Notes: generated by a model not told the origin, from the sequence alone. 64,000 nt of DNA from Melioribacteraceae bacterium (GCA_011525875.1 WYBN01000007.1:220684-284683); one strand, 5' to 3'; positions 31,730 through 42,235 are shown, numbered from the stretch's first letter. Numbers and translations are program-made.

Positions 31730-32755
31730 ATGGGCATTCTCAACATTCTTGCAAATGATATTGCAATTGATCTTGGAACTGCAAATACACTGATTTATAT
31801 AAAAGGCAAAGGTATAGTTCTCAACGAACCCTCTATAGTTGCTTTTGATAGGAATACCAAAAAAATAATTGCACTCGGAAACAAAGCAAAAGAAATGCAG
31901 GGCAGAGAGCATAGAGAAATAAGGGTTTCACGCCCAATGCGCGACGGAGTAATTGCAGATTTTGAAATTGCCGAAGGAATGATCAGAGCATTTATCAAAA
32001 GAATTAGTTCGGGAATGCTGACAAGCAGGCGTATTATTGTAGCTATCCCGAGCGGCGTTACAGAAGTAGAAAAACGTGCTGTTCGGGATAGCGCCGAACA
32101 TGCAGGCGCAAAGGAGGTTCATTTAATTGCCGAACCTATGGCTGCTGCTATTGGTGTTGGTATTGACGTCGAAGCCCCCTACGGTAATATGATTATTGAT
32201 ATAGGCGGAGGTACAACTGAAATAGCAGTTATAGCTCTCGGAGGAATTGTAAACGAAGAATCAATAAGAATTGCCGGCGATGAAATGAATAACGCAATTA
32301 TGCAGTTCTTTAAAAAGAACTATAATTTACTGATCGGTGAAAGAACTGCTGAATCAATAAAGTGTGAAGTCGGATCAGCCATTCCTTTGAAAGAAGAAAT
32401 AACAATTCAAGTTAAAGGCAGAGACCTTGTCGGCGGTATTCCAAAAACAGCAGAAGTTAGTTCTGTCGAAATTCGAGAAGCATTAAATGAAAATATTGTT
32501 CAAATCGTTGAAGCTGTAAAACAAACGCTCGAGCGAACGCCCCCAGAGCTTTCGGCTGACATTTTAGACCGCGGAGTGATGCTTACCGGAGGCGGTGCGC
32601 TGCTGAAGGGATTGAACGAAAGAATCCGTATGGAAACTAATCTGCCCGTTCACGTGGCTGAAGACCCGCTTACAGCAGTTGTAAGAGGAGCCGGTAAATG
32701 CATCGAAAGTATCAACAAATACGCGAAGGTATTCATACGTAAAAGAACTTATTAA
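31730..32755 (+). CDS. mreB: Rod shape-determining protein MreB
   Basis: Actin-fold motifs DLGTANTLIY, DIGGGTTE and LTGGGALL. Confidence 0.96.
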   Translation: MGILNILANDIAIDLGTANTLIYIKGKGIVLNEPSIVAFDRNTKKIIALGNKAKEMQGREHREIRVSRPMRDGVIADFEIAEGMIRAFIKRISSGMLTSRRIIVAIPSGVTEVEKRAVRDSAEHAGAKEVHLIAEPMAAAIGVGIDVEAPYGNMIIDIGGGTTEIAVIALGGIVNEESIRIAGDEMNNAIMQFFKKNYNLLIGERTAESIKCEVGSAIPLKEEITIQVKGRDLVGGIPKTAEVSSVEIREALNENIVQIVEAVKQTLERTPPELSADILDRGVMLTGGGALLKGLNERIRMETNLPVHVAEDPLTAVVRGAGKCIESINKYAKVFIRKRTY

Positions 32756-33597
32756 TGAAATCTTTTTTAAGTAAATTCATTGATAGAAACAGGAATTATT
32801 TTCTGCTAATTATATTTCTTTTAATAAGTCTGTCCATACTCCCCTTAAATAATCATCCGCAAGTATCAAAAATTAAATCATACGCTTTCGGAGCATTTGC
32901 TGTTTTTACATCGGCAGTGAATTTTTTAATAAATATAGTTTCATCTGATGACGAACTCGAAAAGCAAAAGCTGCTCAATGCGGAATTGATGTTAGAAAAC
33001 AGCAGGCTGAAAAGTCTCGGGCTTGAAAATAATCAACTGAGAAAGATGCTTAGTTTGAAAGACACTTCTAACTATCCTCTAATTACTGCAAGCGTAATTT
33101 CCAAAATTGTTGATAATATCCACGGCAATATGATAATTAACATCGGCGCGGATAATAATATCACGGCAGGCATGCCTGTAATAAACGAACGCGGATTACT
33201 CGGTGTCATTTCTGACGTAAGCAGAAATTTCTCCGTCGTTAGAACTTTATTTAATGCAAACTTTAAAATAGCCGTTATGGATCAACGAAGCGGAATCGAA
33301 GGAATATTAGGGTGGAACGGTTCTAATCTTGTTATATCCAATATTGCGGTTACCGAAGATATTAAAATAGGGGACAAAATTATCACCTCAGATTTCAGCA
33401 CTCTTGTTCCTCCTGCTATCCCGGTTGGTGTCGTCATATCTAAACGAGCATCGTATTCGGGACTTCTTAACGATATAATCGTTGAGCCTTTTGTAGATTT
33501 TGGAATTTCCCGTAAAGTTTTTGTAATGAGTATTGTAACCGATGACGAGATAATTGCGTTAAGGAAGAAGATTGAGCGGGGGAAAAATGACCAATAA
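32755..33597 (+). CDS. mreC: Rod shape-determining protein MreC
   Basis: N-terminal TM segment, coiled coil (ENSRLKSL..ENNQLRKML), then beta-barrel domains. Positioned between mreB and mreD. Confidence 0.88.
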   Translation: MKSFLSKFIDRNRNYFLLIIFLLISLSILPLNNHPQVSKIKSYAFGAFAVFTSAVNFLINIVSSDDELEKQKLLNAELMLENSRLKSLGLENNQLRKMLSLKDTSNYPLITASVISKIVDNIHGNMIINIGADNNITAGMPVINERGLLGVISDVSRNFSVVRTLFNANFKIAVMDQRSGIEGILGWNGSNLVISNIAVTEDIKIGDKIITSDFSTLVPPAIPVGVVISKRASYSGLLNDIIVEPFVDFGISRKVFVMSIVTDDEIIALRKKIERGKNDQ

Positions 33598-34069
33598 AAT
33601 TCTTCTGCCCGCCGGATTATTTTTAGTCGCTGCATTTTTGCAGCTTACAATTGCACCGCTCTTAACTCTTAATTCGATCGGTCCCGATTTTATTTTAATA
33701 CTTGTTGCATACTATGGAATGAAATTCGGTCAAAGATTCGGTATGATTTATGGATTTTCGGCAGGATTATTTTTTGATATTGTGAGCGGAGGTATGATAG
33801 GAAGCTCAATGTTTTCAAAAACAACCGCAGGCTTTACCGCAGGATTTTTTTATGTTGAACCGGGAAGCGAACTCCGCATTGACTCGTTAAGATTCTTAAC
33901 GGTTGTATTCTTTTGTGCATTACTTGATTCTTTTTTTTACAGTATATTTAGCACGGTTGAAATTATATTCAACTTTTATCAGTTAGTTTTTATAAGGAGT
34001 ATTTTGCCTTCGGTTTACACGACGATCTTGAGTTTGCCGGTAATATTTTTAAGAAATAGAGGCGCGTAA
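33587..34069 (+). CDS. mreD: Rod shape-determining protein MreD
   Basis: Small polytopic membrane protein directly after mreC. ATG 33587 is preferred over TTG 33572. Confidence 0.8.
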   Translation: MTNKILLPAGLFLVAAFLQLTIAPLLTLNSIGPDFILILVAYYGMKFGQRFGMIYGFSAGLFFDIVSGGMIGSSMFSKTTAGFTAGFFYVEPGSELRIDSLRFLTVVFFCALLDSFFYSIFSTVEIIFNFYQLVFIRSILPSVYTTILSLPVIFLRNRGA

Positions 34070-34071
34070 GA

Positions 34072-35877
34072 ATGGATGATAATACCTTCGCTTCGCCTTA
34101 CAGAAGAAGACTGCTTTTTTATGCGGTCATTTTACTTTTCCTCTTTTTAATTATGCAATTGTTCCGGCTTCAAATCGTTACAAATAAATTCTATAGCGAC
34201 AAATCAAATGAAAACAGTATCAAAGCCGAAGTCCTTTCTCCGCCGCGCGGGATATTTTATGACAGGAATATGCACATACTAGTCGGCAATAAACCGGCTT
34301 ATACGCTCGAAATAACCCCGGCTTATTTTGATTCAAGCCTCGCACCCCTTGTTGAAAAGGCGATAGGTGAAAACGAAGGTTATATTAGTTCCGTTTTAGA
34401 CCGCACAAAAAAAATTCCAAGCTTTTTACCAAGAAAAATAAAAAGAGATATAAATTTCAAAGCTCTTGCACTGTTAGAAGAAAATCATGAGCATTTTGAT
34501 GGGACAAAATATGTGATAGAACTGAAACGGGATTATTCATTCGGAATCAACGGCGCACATCTTTTCGGATACACAAAAGAAATTGATCCGGAACTGCTTA
34601 GAGAAAGGAAGGATCAATATCAAATCGGCGACTATATTGGGTACGGCGGCATAGAAAAAAATTACGAATATTTAGTTAAAGGAACTAAAGGCTATTTATA
34701 TTATCTTGTTGATTCGAGGCAGCGAATAATATCGAGATATGAAAACGGCAAAAAAGACATTCAACCCGATCGAGGATATGATTTAGTGCTTACGATCGAC
34801 AAAAGTGTTCAGAAGGTTGCCGAGCTTGCATTCGAAGGAAAGAAAGGAGCTTTAGTGGCAATCGAACCTTTAACGGGGGAGATATTGGCGCTGGTGAGTG
34901 CACCTGCATTTGATCTGCAGGAATTTGCAACGACAACTTCTTCTGAGTTTCTTAACAGTCTTAATTCAAATGTTGATAAACCGATGTTCAATCGTGCTAC
35001 TATGTCGCGTAATCCCCCCGGGTCGACATTCAAAATGCTTCTCGCAATCACAGCGCTCGAAGAAGGAATAATTACTACAAAATATACCGTAACATGCGGC
35101 GGTTCTTTTCAATTCGGCAATCGACCTTTTAAGTGTACACATGTTCATGGTTCGGTTAATGTAACAAGAGCCATCGAAAAATCGTGTAACGTATTTTTTT
35201 ATAACCTAATGCTGAAAGTCGGATTGGATAAATGGTCTGAGTACGGAAGCAGATTCGGATTCGGCGAAAAAACTGGAATAGATATCAGTGAAGAGTCAAA
35301 CGGAATAATGCCGAGCCGGAATTACTTTGACCGGGTCTACGGCAAAGGTAAATGGACAGACGGATATTTGATAAGTCTGGCAATCGGGCAGGGGGAGGTT
35401 GTTACTACTCCGGTTCAACTTGCACAATATGCAGCTCTCTTAGCTAACGAAGGGAAAACAAAAATCCCGCATGTTTTAAAAGGTTACATTGATAACCAAA
35501 ACAACTCATTCGTACCTATTGAATTCGGAGATTTTACTGTTGATATCAGTAAGGAAACATTTAACATTATCAGAGAAGGAATGAGGCTCGTAGTTGAGGG
35601 AGAGGGAACTGCAGCGCACATTCGTCAAAAAAAATTTGATATTGCCGGCAAAACGGGAACGGCTCAAAACCCTCATGGCGAAAATCATGCTTTGTTTATC
35701 GGCTTTGCACCGTTTAATAATCCACAGATTGCTGTTGCCGTGATAGTTGAAAACGCAGGATACGGAAGTACGCATGCCGCGCCGATTGCCCGGGATGTTA
35801 TGAAAGAATATTTGAAAAACATAACGACAAATAAAAGCGAGCTTATTGCAAAGAATGCCGGAGGCATAATAAATTGA
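34072..35877 (+). CDS. mrdA: Penicillin-binding protein 2 (elongasome transpeptidase)
   Basis: N-terminal TM segment, PBP dimerisation domain, and GSTFK (SxxK), SCN and KTGTAQ motifs. Confidence 0.94.
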   Translation: MDDNTFASPYRRRLLFYAVILLFLFLIMQLFRLQIVTNKFYSDKSNENSIKAEVLSPPRGIFYDRNMHILVGNKPAYTLEITPAYFDSSLAPLVEKAIGENEGYISSVLDRTKKIPSFLPRKIKRDINFKALALLEENHEHFDGTKYVIELKRDYSFGINGAHLFGYTKEIDPELLRERKDQYQIGDYIGYGGIEKNYEYLVKGTKGYLYYLVDSRQRIISRYENGKKDIQPDRGYDLVLTIDKSVQKVAELAFEGKKGALVAIEPLTGEILALVSAPAFDLQEFATTTSSEFLNSLNSNVDKPMFNRATMSRNPPGSTFKMLLAITALEEGIITTKYTVTCGGSFQFGNRPFKCTHVHGSVNVTRAIEKSCNVFFYNLMLKVGLDKWSEYGSRFGFGEKTGIDISEESNGIMPSRNYFDRVYGKGKWTDGYLISLAIGQGEVVTTPVQLAQYAALLANEGKTKIPHVLKGYIDNQNNSFVPIEFGDFTVDISKETFNIIREGMRLVVEGEGTAAHIRQKKFDIAGKTGTAQNPHGENHALFIGFAPFNNPQIAVAVIVENAGYGSTHAAPIARDVMKEYLKNITTNKSELIAKNAGGIIN

Positions 35878-37103
35878 AGATAAGTTATAAACTTCAAGAT
35901 AAGTTCGATCTCTGGATATTCATTCCTGTATTATTACTTCTTGGAATAAGCCTCGTCGTTATTTATAGTGCAACGACTAACCATCCATTCGCTTCGGGAA
36001 GTTTTGACAAACAGTTTTTCTGGGCATTAATTTCGCTGGGAGCCTTTTTTGTTTTTTATCTATTGCCTTCCCAGTTAATCAGATTATCTGCTGTCCCGGC
36101 ATATGTCATTTCACAATTTCTTTTAATTGCAGTACTGGTGGCGGGTAAAGTTGTGAAAGGATCAAAAAGCTGGATAGCAGTCGGTTCAATAGGCTTCCAG
36201 CCTTCTGAAGCGGCTAAAATTGGGCTTATTCTTTTTTTGGCGTACTGGCTTGTTGCAAAGAAAGATGAACTTAATACCTTCAAAAACCTGACTGTTACTA
36301 TACTATTTGCATTTATTCCCACCGCTTTAATACTTTTGGAGCCAGATACCGGCACAGCTATAGTCTTCGGGTTTATTTCTTTAGTTATGATCTATTGGGG
36401 GGGTATTAGTTTATTTGGATTGTTCGTTGTGCTGTCACCAGTAATAGTAGTATTCTCATCACTTTTCGGTATTTATGCATTGATTGGAACTTTGACCCTG
36501 ATATTGATTGCCCTTATCTTTTTTAATAAAGATCTTTTTACTAGTGTTTCAGTTTTTGTTTTCAATCTTGCTGCAGGATTCATATTTGAAATTGTTGTGA
36601 AATTTTTACAGCCGCACCAGCAGAAAAGAATAGCTTCATTCCTTGATCCGACGGCGGATCCGCTGGGTTCTGGTTATAATGCTCTACAGGCAAAAATTGC
36701 TATCGGCTCGGGCGGGCTTATTGGTAAAGGGTTTATGCAGGGCAATCAAACCCAGTTAAGATTTATTCCAGAGCAATGGACGGATTTTATCTACTGCGTT
36801 ATCGGCGAAGAATTTGGATTTATCGGCGGTCTGTTTGTGCTGTCTTTGTATTTAATTATTCTGCTAAGACTGCTTATTATCTCAAAAAATATTAATGATG
36901 ATTTCAGCACATTAGTTGTAATAGGTGTATTCGCATTGTTCTTTATTCAACTCGGGATCAATGTTGGAATGAATATAGGCATCGCTCCAGTAATAGGCTT
37001 GACTCTTCCACTGCTAAGTTACGGCGGCAGTTCGCTTTTTGCTAGTATGATTTTGCTTGGCATAGTCTTTAACATATATAGAAACAAACGGCTTCATAGT
37101 TAA
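35874..37103 (+). CDS. rodA: Peptidoglycan glycosyltransferase RodA (SEDS family)
   Basis: Ten-TM FtsW/RodA/SpoVE pattern with QPSEAAK, PEQWTDFIY and LPLLSYGGSS. A 4-nt overlap with mrdA. Confidence 0.93.
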   Translation: MKISYKLQDKFDLWIFIPVLLLLGISLVVIYSATTNHPFASGSFDKQFFWALISLGAFFVFYLLPSQLIRLSAVPAYVISQFLLIAVLVAGKVVKGSKSWIAVGSIGFQPSEAAKIGLILFLAYWLVAKKDELNTFKNLTVTILFAFIPTALILLEPDTGTAIVFGFISLVMIYWGGISLFGLFVVLSPVIVVFSSLFGIYALIGTLTLILIALIFFNKDLFTSVSVFVFNLAAGFIFEIVVKFLQPHQQKRIASFLDPTADPLGSGYNALQAKIAIGSGGLIGKGFMQGNQTQLRFIPEQWTDFIYCVIGEEFGFIGGLFVLSLYLIILLRLLIISKNINDDFSTLVVIGVFALFFIQLGINVGMNIGIAPVIGLTLPLLSYGGSSLFASMILLGIVFNIYRNKRLHS

Positions 37104-37112
37104 GGAAGTGTT

Positions 37113-37922
37113 ATGACAGCTTTAGAAAAATTTAAAGGAAGGATCAAACGCGGATTTCACGTCTGCATCGGATTAGACTCGGAAATATCGAAAATACCGT
37201 CTCATCTGCTTAGTAGGAAAGATCCGGTTTTGGAATTTAACAAAGCAATAATTGATTCTACTTGCGATTACGCCTCAGCTTATAAAATCAATTTTGCATT
37301 TTACGAAAGAGACGGCTCCTACGGTGCTGAACTCTTGGCAAAGACAATTGAATATATTCCCAAAGATATTCTGATTATCGGCGATGCAAAACGCGGCGAT
37401 ATAGGAAATACTTCCCAGCTTTATGCAAAATCATTATTCGAATATTATAATTGCGATGCATCCACTTTAAATCCCTATATGGGATTTGATTCCATAAGTC
37501 CTTTTATAGATTATGAAGATAAACTCAATTTTGTGCTGGCTCTAACCTCAAATACTAGTGCGGCTGATTTTGAAAAATTGAAATTATACTCCGGAGAATT
37601 TTTATTTCAGAATGTCATATCCAGAGTTAAGGATTGGAATACAAAAAAAAATCTGGGAATTGTCTTCGGCGCTACAAAGTGCGATGAATTGAAAGAAAAT
37701 ATCAGACTATTCGGAGATCTCCCTGTACTACTTCCAGGTATCGGCGCACAGGGCGGAAGTCTGGAGGACGTTGTTAATACTTTCAAAGCCGAGGGGAAAG
37801 ATTTATTTATTATAAATATCAGCCGCGGATTAATTTATCTTGATGACTCGATATCTTTTGCAGCTAAGGCTAAAAATGAATTGGTTAAATATAATGAAAT
37901 GATTATTTTTCTAATGAGTTGA
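37113..37922 (+). CDS. pyrF: Orotidine 5'-phosphate decarboxylase (type 2)
   Basis: GDAKRGDIGNT and PGIGAQGG motifs. Confidence 0.9.
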   Translation: MTALEKFKGRIKRGFHVCIGLDSEISKIPSHLLSRKDPVLEFNKAIIDSTCDYASAYKINFAFYERDGSYGAELLAKTIEYIPKDILIIGDAKRGDIGNTSQLYAKSLFEYYNCDASTLNPYMGFDSISPFIDYEDKLNFVLALTSNTSAADFEKLKLYSGEFLFQNVISRVKDWNTKKNLGIVFGATKCDELKENIRLFGDLPVLLPGIGAQGGSLEDVVNTFKAEGKDLFIINISRGLIYLDDSISFAAKAKNELVKYNEMIIFLMS

Positions 37923-38005
37923 ATATTTTGACTCGGTTTACATTTTCTTTTCCTCCTTGTGTATTAGAATATTAGTAGAGGAAAAAGTGCATAAAAGAGG
38001 TTCGC

Positions 38006-39481
38006 ATGGATTCAAGAATTAAGCTTTACGAAAAAAAATTATTCAATATTTGGAAAAACCAATCATTCAAATCCAACCTTAAGACAAATTCCGGCGAAGA
38101 TATTTCAGTGATAGATGCCGGAGTTTTCAATGAAGACTCTGCCGGTCCCGATTTTTTAAATGCGCGGGTAAGAATTGGTAATCTGCTATACGTCGGTGAC
38201 ATCGAAATTGACTGTGAGTATTCTTATTGGAAAACGCATGGGCATAATATCGACAGCAAACATAATAAAGTGATATTACACGTCTGCTATTCGAATAATC
38301 AGAACCAACAGTATGTCTATACAAAGGACGGACGGAGAATCCCGACAGTTTCTCTTTCGAAGTTCGTTAGTACAGATGAAATTCCGGAAATAGATAATGC
38401 TTTTGCCATTCCGGATGAAAAAAACAAATTCAAATGCTCGCATGTAATTGACAAAGTTGATTATGACTTAAAAAAGAAATTTATATCCGAACTCGGGATG
38501 GAAAGGTTTGACAAAAAATGTAAACGTGCATATGACAGGCTGAAGGAGTTATCTTTCTTAAATAAATTGAAGATCAACGAACCCGTAATAAGATATGAAT
38601 TAAGACCCGGATTTGAGAATCAGAAATTTACACACGAAGATTTTACGGATAAAAATCTTTGGGCGCAGTTATTTTACGAGATGGTCTTTGAAGCGCTAGG
38701 CTATACTAAAAATAAATCTGCAATGCTCAAGCTTGCTCAGTCTGCGAATATTGACTTTATTCTAAGACTCGGTGACGATGCGGATACACTTAGCAGGCTG
38801 GAAAGCGCTCTCTTCAATATAAGCGGTTTGGCGCCCGATGTTCAAAAACTGCCTGCTGAAAAGGTAAGCGAATATACCAAAAAGATTGCGGCTGAGTGGA
38901 CAACTATCAAACGCCTTTACGACGGACAGATGTTATCGGAAACAGATTGGCATTTTTTGCAGCTGCGTCCGTTGAATTTTCCTACAATTAGAATTGCAGG
39001 CGGTGCGAGGCTTTTATATTCAATTGTATATCAAAATCTTATCGGAGTTATGATCAAAAAATTAAGCGAGATTCGGAGTATTAACGTCTTGCTGAATTCC
39101 CTCAAATCCCTTCTGATTACTAAATCAAGCGGCTTTTGGAAAAGTCATTATGTGTTTGACAAACCTGCAAAAGATGAAATCAAATACTTCGTCGGCGCAA
39201 GCCGCGTGGATGAGATAATTGTAAATGTAGTGCTTCCTTTTCTATTTGTTTATTTCGACATTTTCGGGAAGAAAGATTTGTCTAAAAAAGTTTTGCAGTG
39301 TTATAATATTTTTAATCAAAGCTCCGGGAATCAAGTTGTAAAAGACGTAGCTGATGCGCTAAACACTCAAGATTTCTTAAAGAAAACGCTTTTAACTCAA
39401 GGTATGCTGGAGTTATTCCGGAATTACTGTTCAAAAAAAAGATGTTTGGAATGCGAGATCGGCAAAGCGGCATTTAATTAG
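38006..39481 (+). CDS. DUF2851 family protein (function unknown)
   Basis: The N-terminal pattern LF..W......L.T..GE.I.VID.G..N.D.GPDF.NA.V.IG...YVGDIEID...S.W..HGH......NKVILHV matches my recollection of DUF2851. There is a C-terminal Cys cluster CSKKRCLECEIG. Confidence 0.6.
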   Translation: MDSRIKLYEKKLFNIWKNQSFKSNLKTNSGEDISVIDAGVFNEDSAGPDFLNARVRIGNLLYVGDIEIDCEYSYWKTHGHNIDSKHNKVILHVCYSNNQNQQYVYTKDGRRIPTVSLSKFVSTDEIPEIDNAFAIPDEKNKFKCSHVIDKVDYDLKKKFISELGMERFDKKCKRAYDRLKELSFLNKLKINEPVIRYELRPGFENQKFTHEDFTDKNLWAQLFYEMVFEALGYTKNKSAMLKLAQSANIDFILRLGDDADTLSRLESALFNISGLAPDVQKLPAEKVSEYTKKIAAEWTTIKRLYDGQMLSETDWHFLQLRPLNFPTIRIAGGARLLYSIVYQNLIGVMIKKLSEIRSINVLLNSLKSLLITKSSGFWKSHYVFDKPAKDEIKYFVGASRVDEIIVNVVLPFLFVYFDIFGKKDLSKKVLQCYNIFNQSSGNQVVKDVADALNTQDFLKKTLLTQGMLELFRNYCSKKRCLECEIGKAAFN

Positions 39482-40073
39482 CTCTGCCTCTCATCTTATT
39501 AATTTCATCCCTTAATTTTGCAGCGCGTTCATAATCTTCTTTCTCAATTGCCTCGCGAAGCTGGTCTTGCAGACTTCCCAACTTAGTTTCGGTTTTTTTA
39601 GGTTTCAGTTCCGCATCGCTTTCGGGGATATTCTTTTCGTTAAACATTTCATCAGCGTCTTCACCGCTGGGCTCGAAAGATGCAATCTGCATCACTTCTT
39701 CTGAAACGAAAATTGGAGAGTTTGTTCTAACGGCGACCGCAATAGCATCGCTGGGTCTTGAATCTATTTTGCTTTCGATAGAAGCCACATCCAGTATTAT
39801 TTTAGCGTAGAAAGTATTATCCCTCAGTTCATCAATGATAATTTCGGTTACTGCAACGCTTAAATGATCAATAAACGTTTTTAGCAAATCATGCGTAAGC
39901 GGTCTGGGGGGTTTTATTCCTTCCATCTCAAGGGCGATTGCCTGCGCTTCAAAAGCGCCGATAATGATTGGAAGTCTTCTAGTACCGTACATCTCCTTAA
40001 GAAGCAGTGCGTAAGCGCCCCCGGTAGAAGGGCTTGCGGACAACCCTAATATTTCGACTTGAACTTTGCTCAA
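39474..40073 (-). CDS. Bifunctional nuclease (BFN/DUF151) family protein with a C-terminal UVR motif
   Basis: VQVEILGLS......ALLLKE....RLPIIIG..EAQAI......IKPPRPLTHDL is the BFN core. The C-terminal LREAIEKEDYERAAKLRDEI is a UvrB/UvrC-type motif. Confidence 0.75.
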   Translation of the reverse strand: MSKVQVEILGLSASPSTGGAYALLLKEMYGTRRLPIIIGAFEAQAIALEMEGIKPPRPLTHDLLKTFIDHLSVAVTEIIIDELRDNTFYAKIILDVASIESKIDSRPSDAIAVAVRTNSPIFVSEEVMQIASFEPSGEDADEMFNEKNIPESDAELKPKKTETKLGSLQDQLREAIEKEDYERAAKLRDEINKMRGRAN

Positions 40074-40082
40074 AACAATTCC

Positions 40083-41054
40083 TTAGTTTGATTTTATTTT
40101 CTTTATCTCTTCAATCAATGCGGGTACAATTTCAAAAGCATCGCCTGCAATGCCGTAATCAGCAATCTGAAATATCGGGGCATCCTTATCCTTGTTAATT
40201 GCAACAATATATTTTGAAGAACGCATGCCGGCTAAATGCTGAATCGCTCCTGAAATACCTATGGCAATATATAAGGAAGGCGAAACAGTTTTTCCGGTTT
40301 GACCAACCTGCTCCGAATGAGGTCGCCAGCCTGCATCAACAACTGCACGCGAAGCGCCTTGTGCAGCACCAAGTACTTTTGCGAGTTCTTCGATCATTCC
40401 AAAATTTTCGGCTTCTTTTAAGCCGCGTCCGCCCGAAACAATTATATCGGCTTCAGTAACATCGAGTTTATTTTCGGATGTTTTTACTTCAACAACTTTA
40501 TTGTTAGTGCTGACCTCGGCAATTTCATTCAATATTATCTCCGCGTTATCATCAGAAACTTTCTCAGCTTTGAATATATTAGGCCGGAAGGTTATGACTT
40601 TTCTTTGAGACGTCAACCTGATTTCGCATAAAATTTTACCTGCATAAACCGGACGCGTAAGATGCAACTCCGAATCAATTACCGAAACTTCAGTGCAGTC
40701 AACTGCAATGCCTGCATCAAGCTTTACGGCGACTCGCGGCGCGAGGTCTTTCCCGAGCGAAGTATTCGATAATAATAAATAAGTGAAATTATTTTTGTCT
40801 GTATAATCAGCTATAAGTTTCGAGTAATCATTTGGCGCATAATAGCCAAGTTTTTCATTGCGGAAGTGTGCTATTTTTTTAACTCCGTAATTGCCGGCGT
40901 CTTCAAGCATTTCAATATTACTCCCGACTGTAGCGGCTTCAATTTCGGCATTCAACTTTACGGAAATATCATAAGCCAATTTTAAGACTTCAAGCGAAGC
41001 TTTTTTGATCTGTCCGTTTCTCTGTTCTAAAAAAACTAAAATTTTCTCTGCCAT
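40083..41054 (-). CDS. etfA: Electron transfer flavoprotein subunit alpha
   Basis: FAD-binding C-terminal domain with VVSGGRG, GASRAVVDAGW, QVGQTGKTVSP.LYIAIGISGAIQH and IVAINKD. Confidence 0.92.
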   Translation of the reverse strand: MAEKILVFLEQRNGQIKKASLEVLKLAYDISVKLNAEIEAATVGSNIEMLEDAGNYGVKKIAHFRNEKLGYYAPNDYSKLIADYTDKNNFTYLLLSNTSLGKDLAPRVAVKLDAGIAVDCTEVSVIDSELHLTRPVYAGKILCEIRLTSQRKVITFRPNIFKAEKVSDDNAEIILNEIAEVSTNNKVVEVKTSENKLDVTEADIIVSGGRGLKEAENFGMIEELAKVLGAAQGASRAVVDAGWRPHSEQVGQTGKTVSPSLYIAIGISGAIQHLAGMRSSKYIVAINKDKDAPIFQIADYGIAGDAFEIVPALIEEIKKIKSN

Positions 41055-41063
41055 AGTTTCTCC

Positions 41064-41810
41064 TTAAATAACCTTTGCTTCTTCTCTTAATAATCTAACC
41101 AATTCTGGAACGGCTGAAAGGTCTTCTCCGATTATTCTTCCGGGTTCTTTCGGTTTAGGTTTTTTCATCCCAATTATCTCCGAGTAAGATTTTTGCGGTA
41201 AAGCGTCTTTCTCTTCGATGGTCTTTTTCTTTGCAGCCATTATTCCTTTCAACGATGCATATCTTGGGTCATTCAAACCTTTCTGAGTTGTAATGACAGC
41301 CGGCAGCGCTGTTTCCACTACTTCTTTTCCACCTTCGATTTCTCGTTCTGCAGTTATCTTTCTGCCGTCAATCTTAAAATCAACCACCACCGAGACGCAA
41401 TTATAACCGAGTAATTCGCCTATGAGCTGACCGGTAATTGAAGCGTCAAAATCAACTGACTGCTTGCCTGTGAAGACAAGTTCGGCATTTTGATTTTTTA
41501 TTTCCTCGGCTAACAATTTTGCGGTAGCAAGCGAGTCGAGGTGTTCGTTAGTCTTTAAAAGAACGCCGCTGTCGCATCCCATTGCAAGAGCTTTTTTTAT
41601 AGTTTCCTTGTTGGAATCATTCCCTGCGCTTATAACAACGACTTCGCCGCCAAATTTTTCTTTTGTCTTCAAAGCTTCTTCGACAGCGAATTCATCGTAG
41701 GGATTAATTACGAATGTTATGTTTGTATTATCAATTGATTTATTGCCGGCGCCGATGTTTATTTTAGCAGCAGTATCCGGGACATGACTTACACAAACAG
41801 CAATTTTCAT
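41064..41810 (-). CDS. etfB: Electron transfer flavoprotein subunit beta
   Basis: MKIAVCVSHVPD, INPYDEFAVEEAL and a C-terminal recognition loop. Sits immediately upstream of etfA. Confidence 0.92.
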   Translation of the reverse strand: MKIAVCVSHVPDTAAKINIGAGNKSIDNTNITFVINPYDEFAVEEALKTKEKFGGEVVVISAGNDSNKETIKKALAMGCDSGVLLKTNEHLDSLATAKLLAEEIKNQNAELVFTGKQSVDFDASITGQLIGELLGYNCVSVVVDFKIDGRKITAEREIEGGKEVVETALPAVITTQKGLNDPRYASLKGIMAAKKKTIEEKDALPQKSYSEIIGMKKPKPKEPGRIIGEDLSAVPELVRLLREEAKVI

Positions 41811-41947
41811 TATTCCTCCGTTTATTCCTTAAACTGCAAAACGAAAATAATAAAGTCTCGACTTAAAACGAAAAATTAATACTCTGCATTTTGTCTTTAA
41901 TTATTGCTCTGTAAAAATTAAATTTATATTAAACAAAATTATTTTCT

Positions 41948-42235
41948 ATGAGCAAAGATAAACCAGAGTTTCAATCTGAGGAATTTGAAGAAACCACAAC
42001 AGATATTGGACTGCCTTTCAAGGTATTGTTATATAACGATGACTGGCATACATTCGACGAAGTGATTAATCAGCTGATCAAAGCAATTGAATGCTCTTAT
42101 GAAACAGCAAGAGGTTATGCGTTCGAAGTGCATGTGAAAGGCTTGGCGGTTGTTTACAAAGGAGAACTTCAAAAGTGCTTAAAAGTTAGTTCGGTGTTGG
42201 AAGAAATAGAACTTCATACACAGGTTGTATCTTAA
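41948..42235 (+). CDS. clpS: ATP-dependent Clp protease adaptor ClpS
   Basis: 95 aa with the VLLYNDDWHTFDEVI and A....EVH..G motifs. Confidence 0.9.
   Translation: MSKDKPEFQSEEFEETTTDIGLPFKVLLYNDDWHTFDEVINQLIKAIECSYETARGYAFEVHVKGLAVVYKGELQKCLKVSSVLEEIELHTQVVS

Noticed and set aside
33282-33635. 117-aa ORF on the minus strand
   Set aside because: It is antisense to mreC/mreD within a tightly coupled mreBCD operon and has no recognisable features.
29578-37922. purN-purH-mreBCD-mrdA-rodA-pyrF as an unusual mixed operon
   Set aside because: The genes are tightly packed, but all are standard housekeeping genes with normal motifs, and linkage of pur genes with mre genes is seen in related lineages. 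Nothing is unexplained.
37947-37987. 9-bp hairpin CTTTTCCTC/GAGGAAAAG between pyrF and the DUF2851 gene
   Set aside because: The loop is long (about 22 nt) and no U-tract follows. The SD-like arm lies 19 nt from the ATG, so a regulatory role is not supportable from sequence alone.
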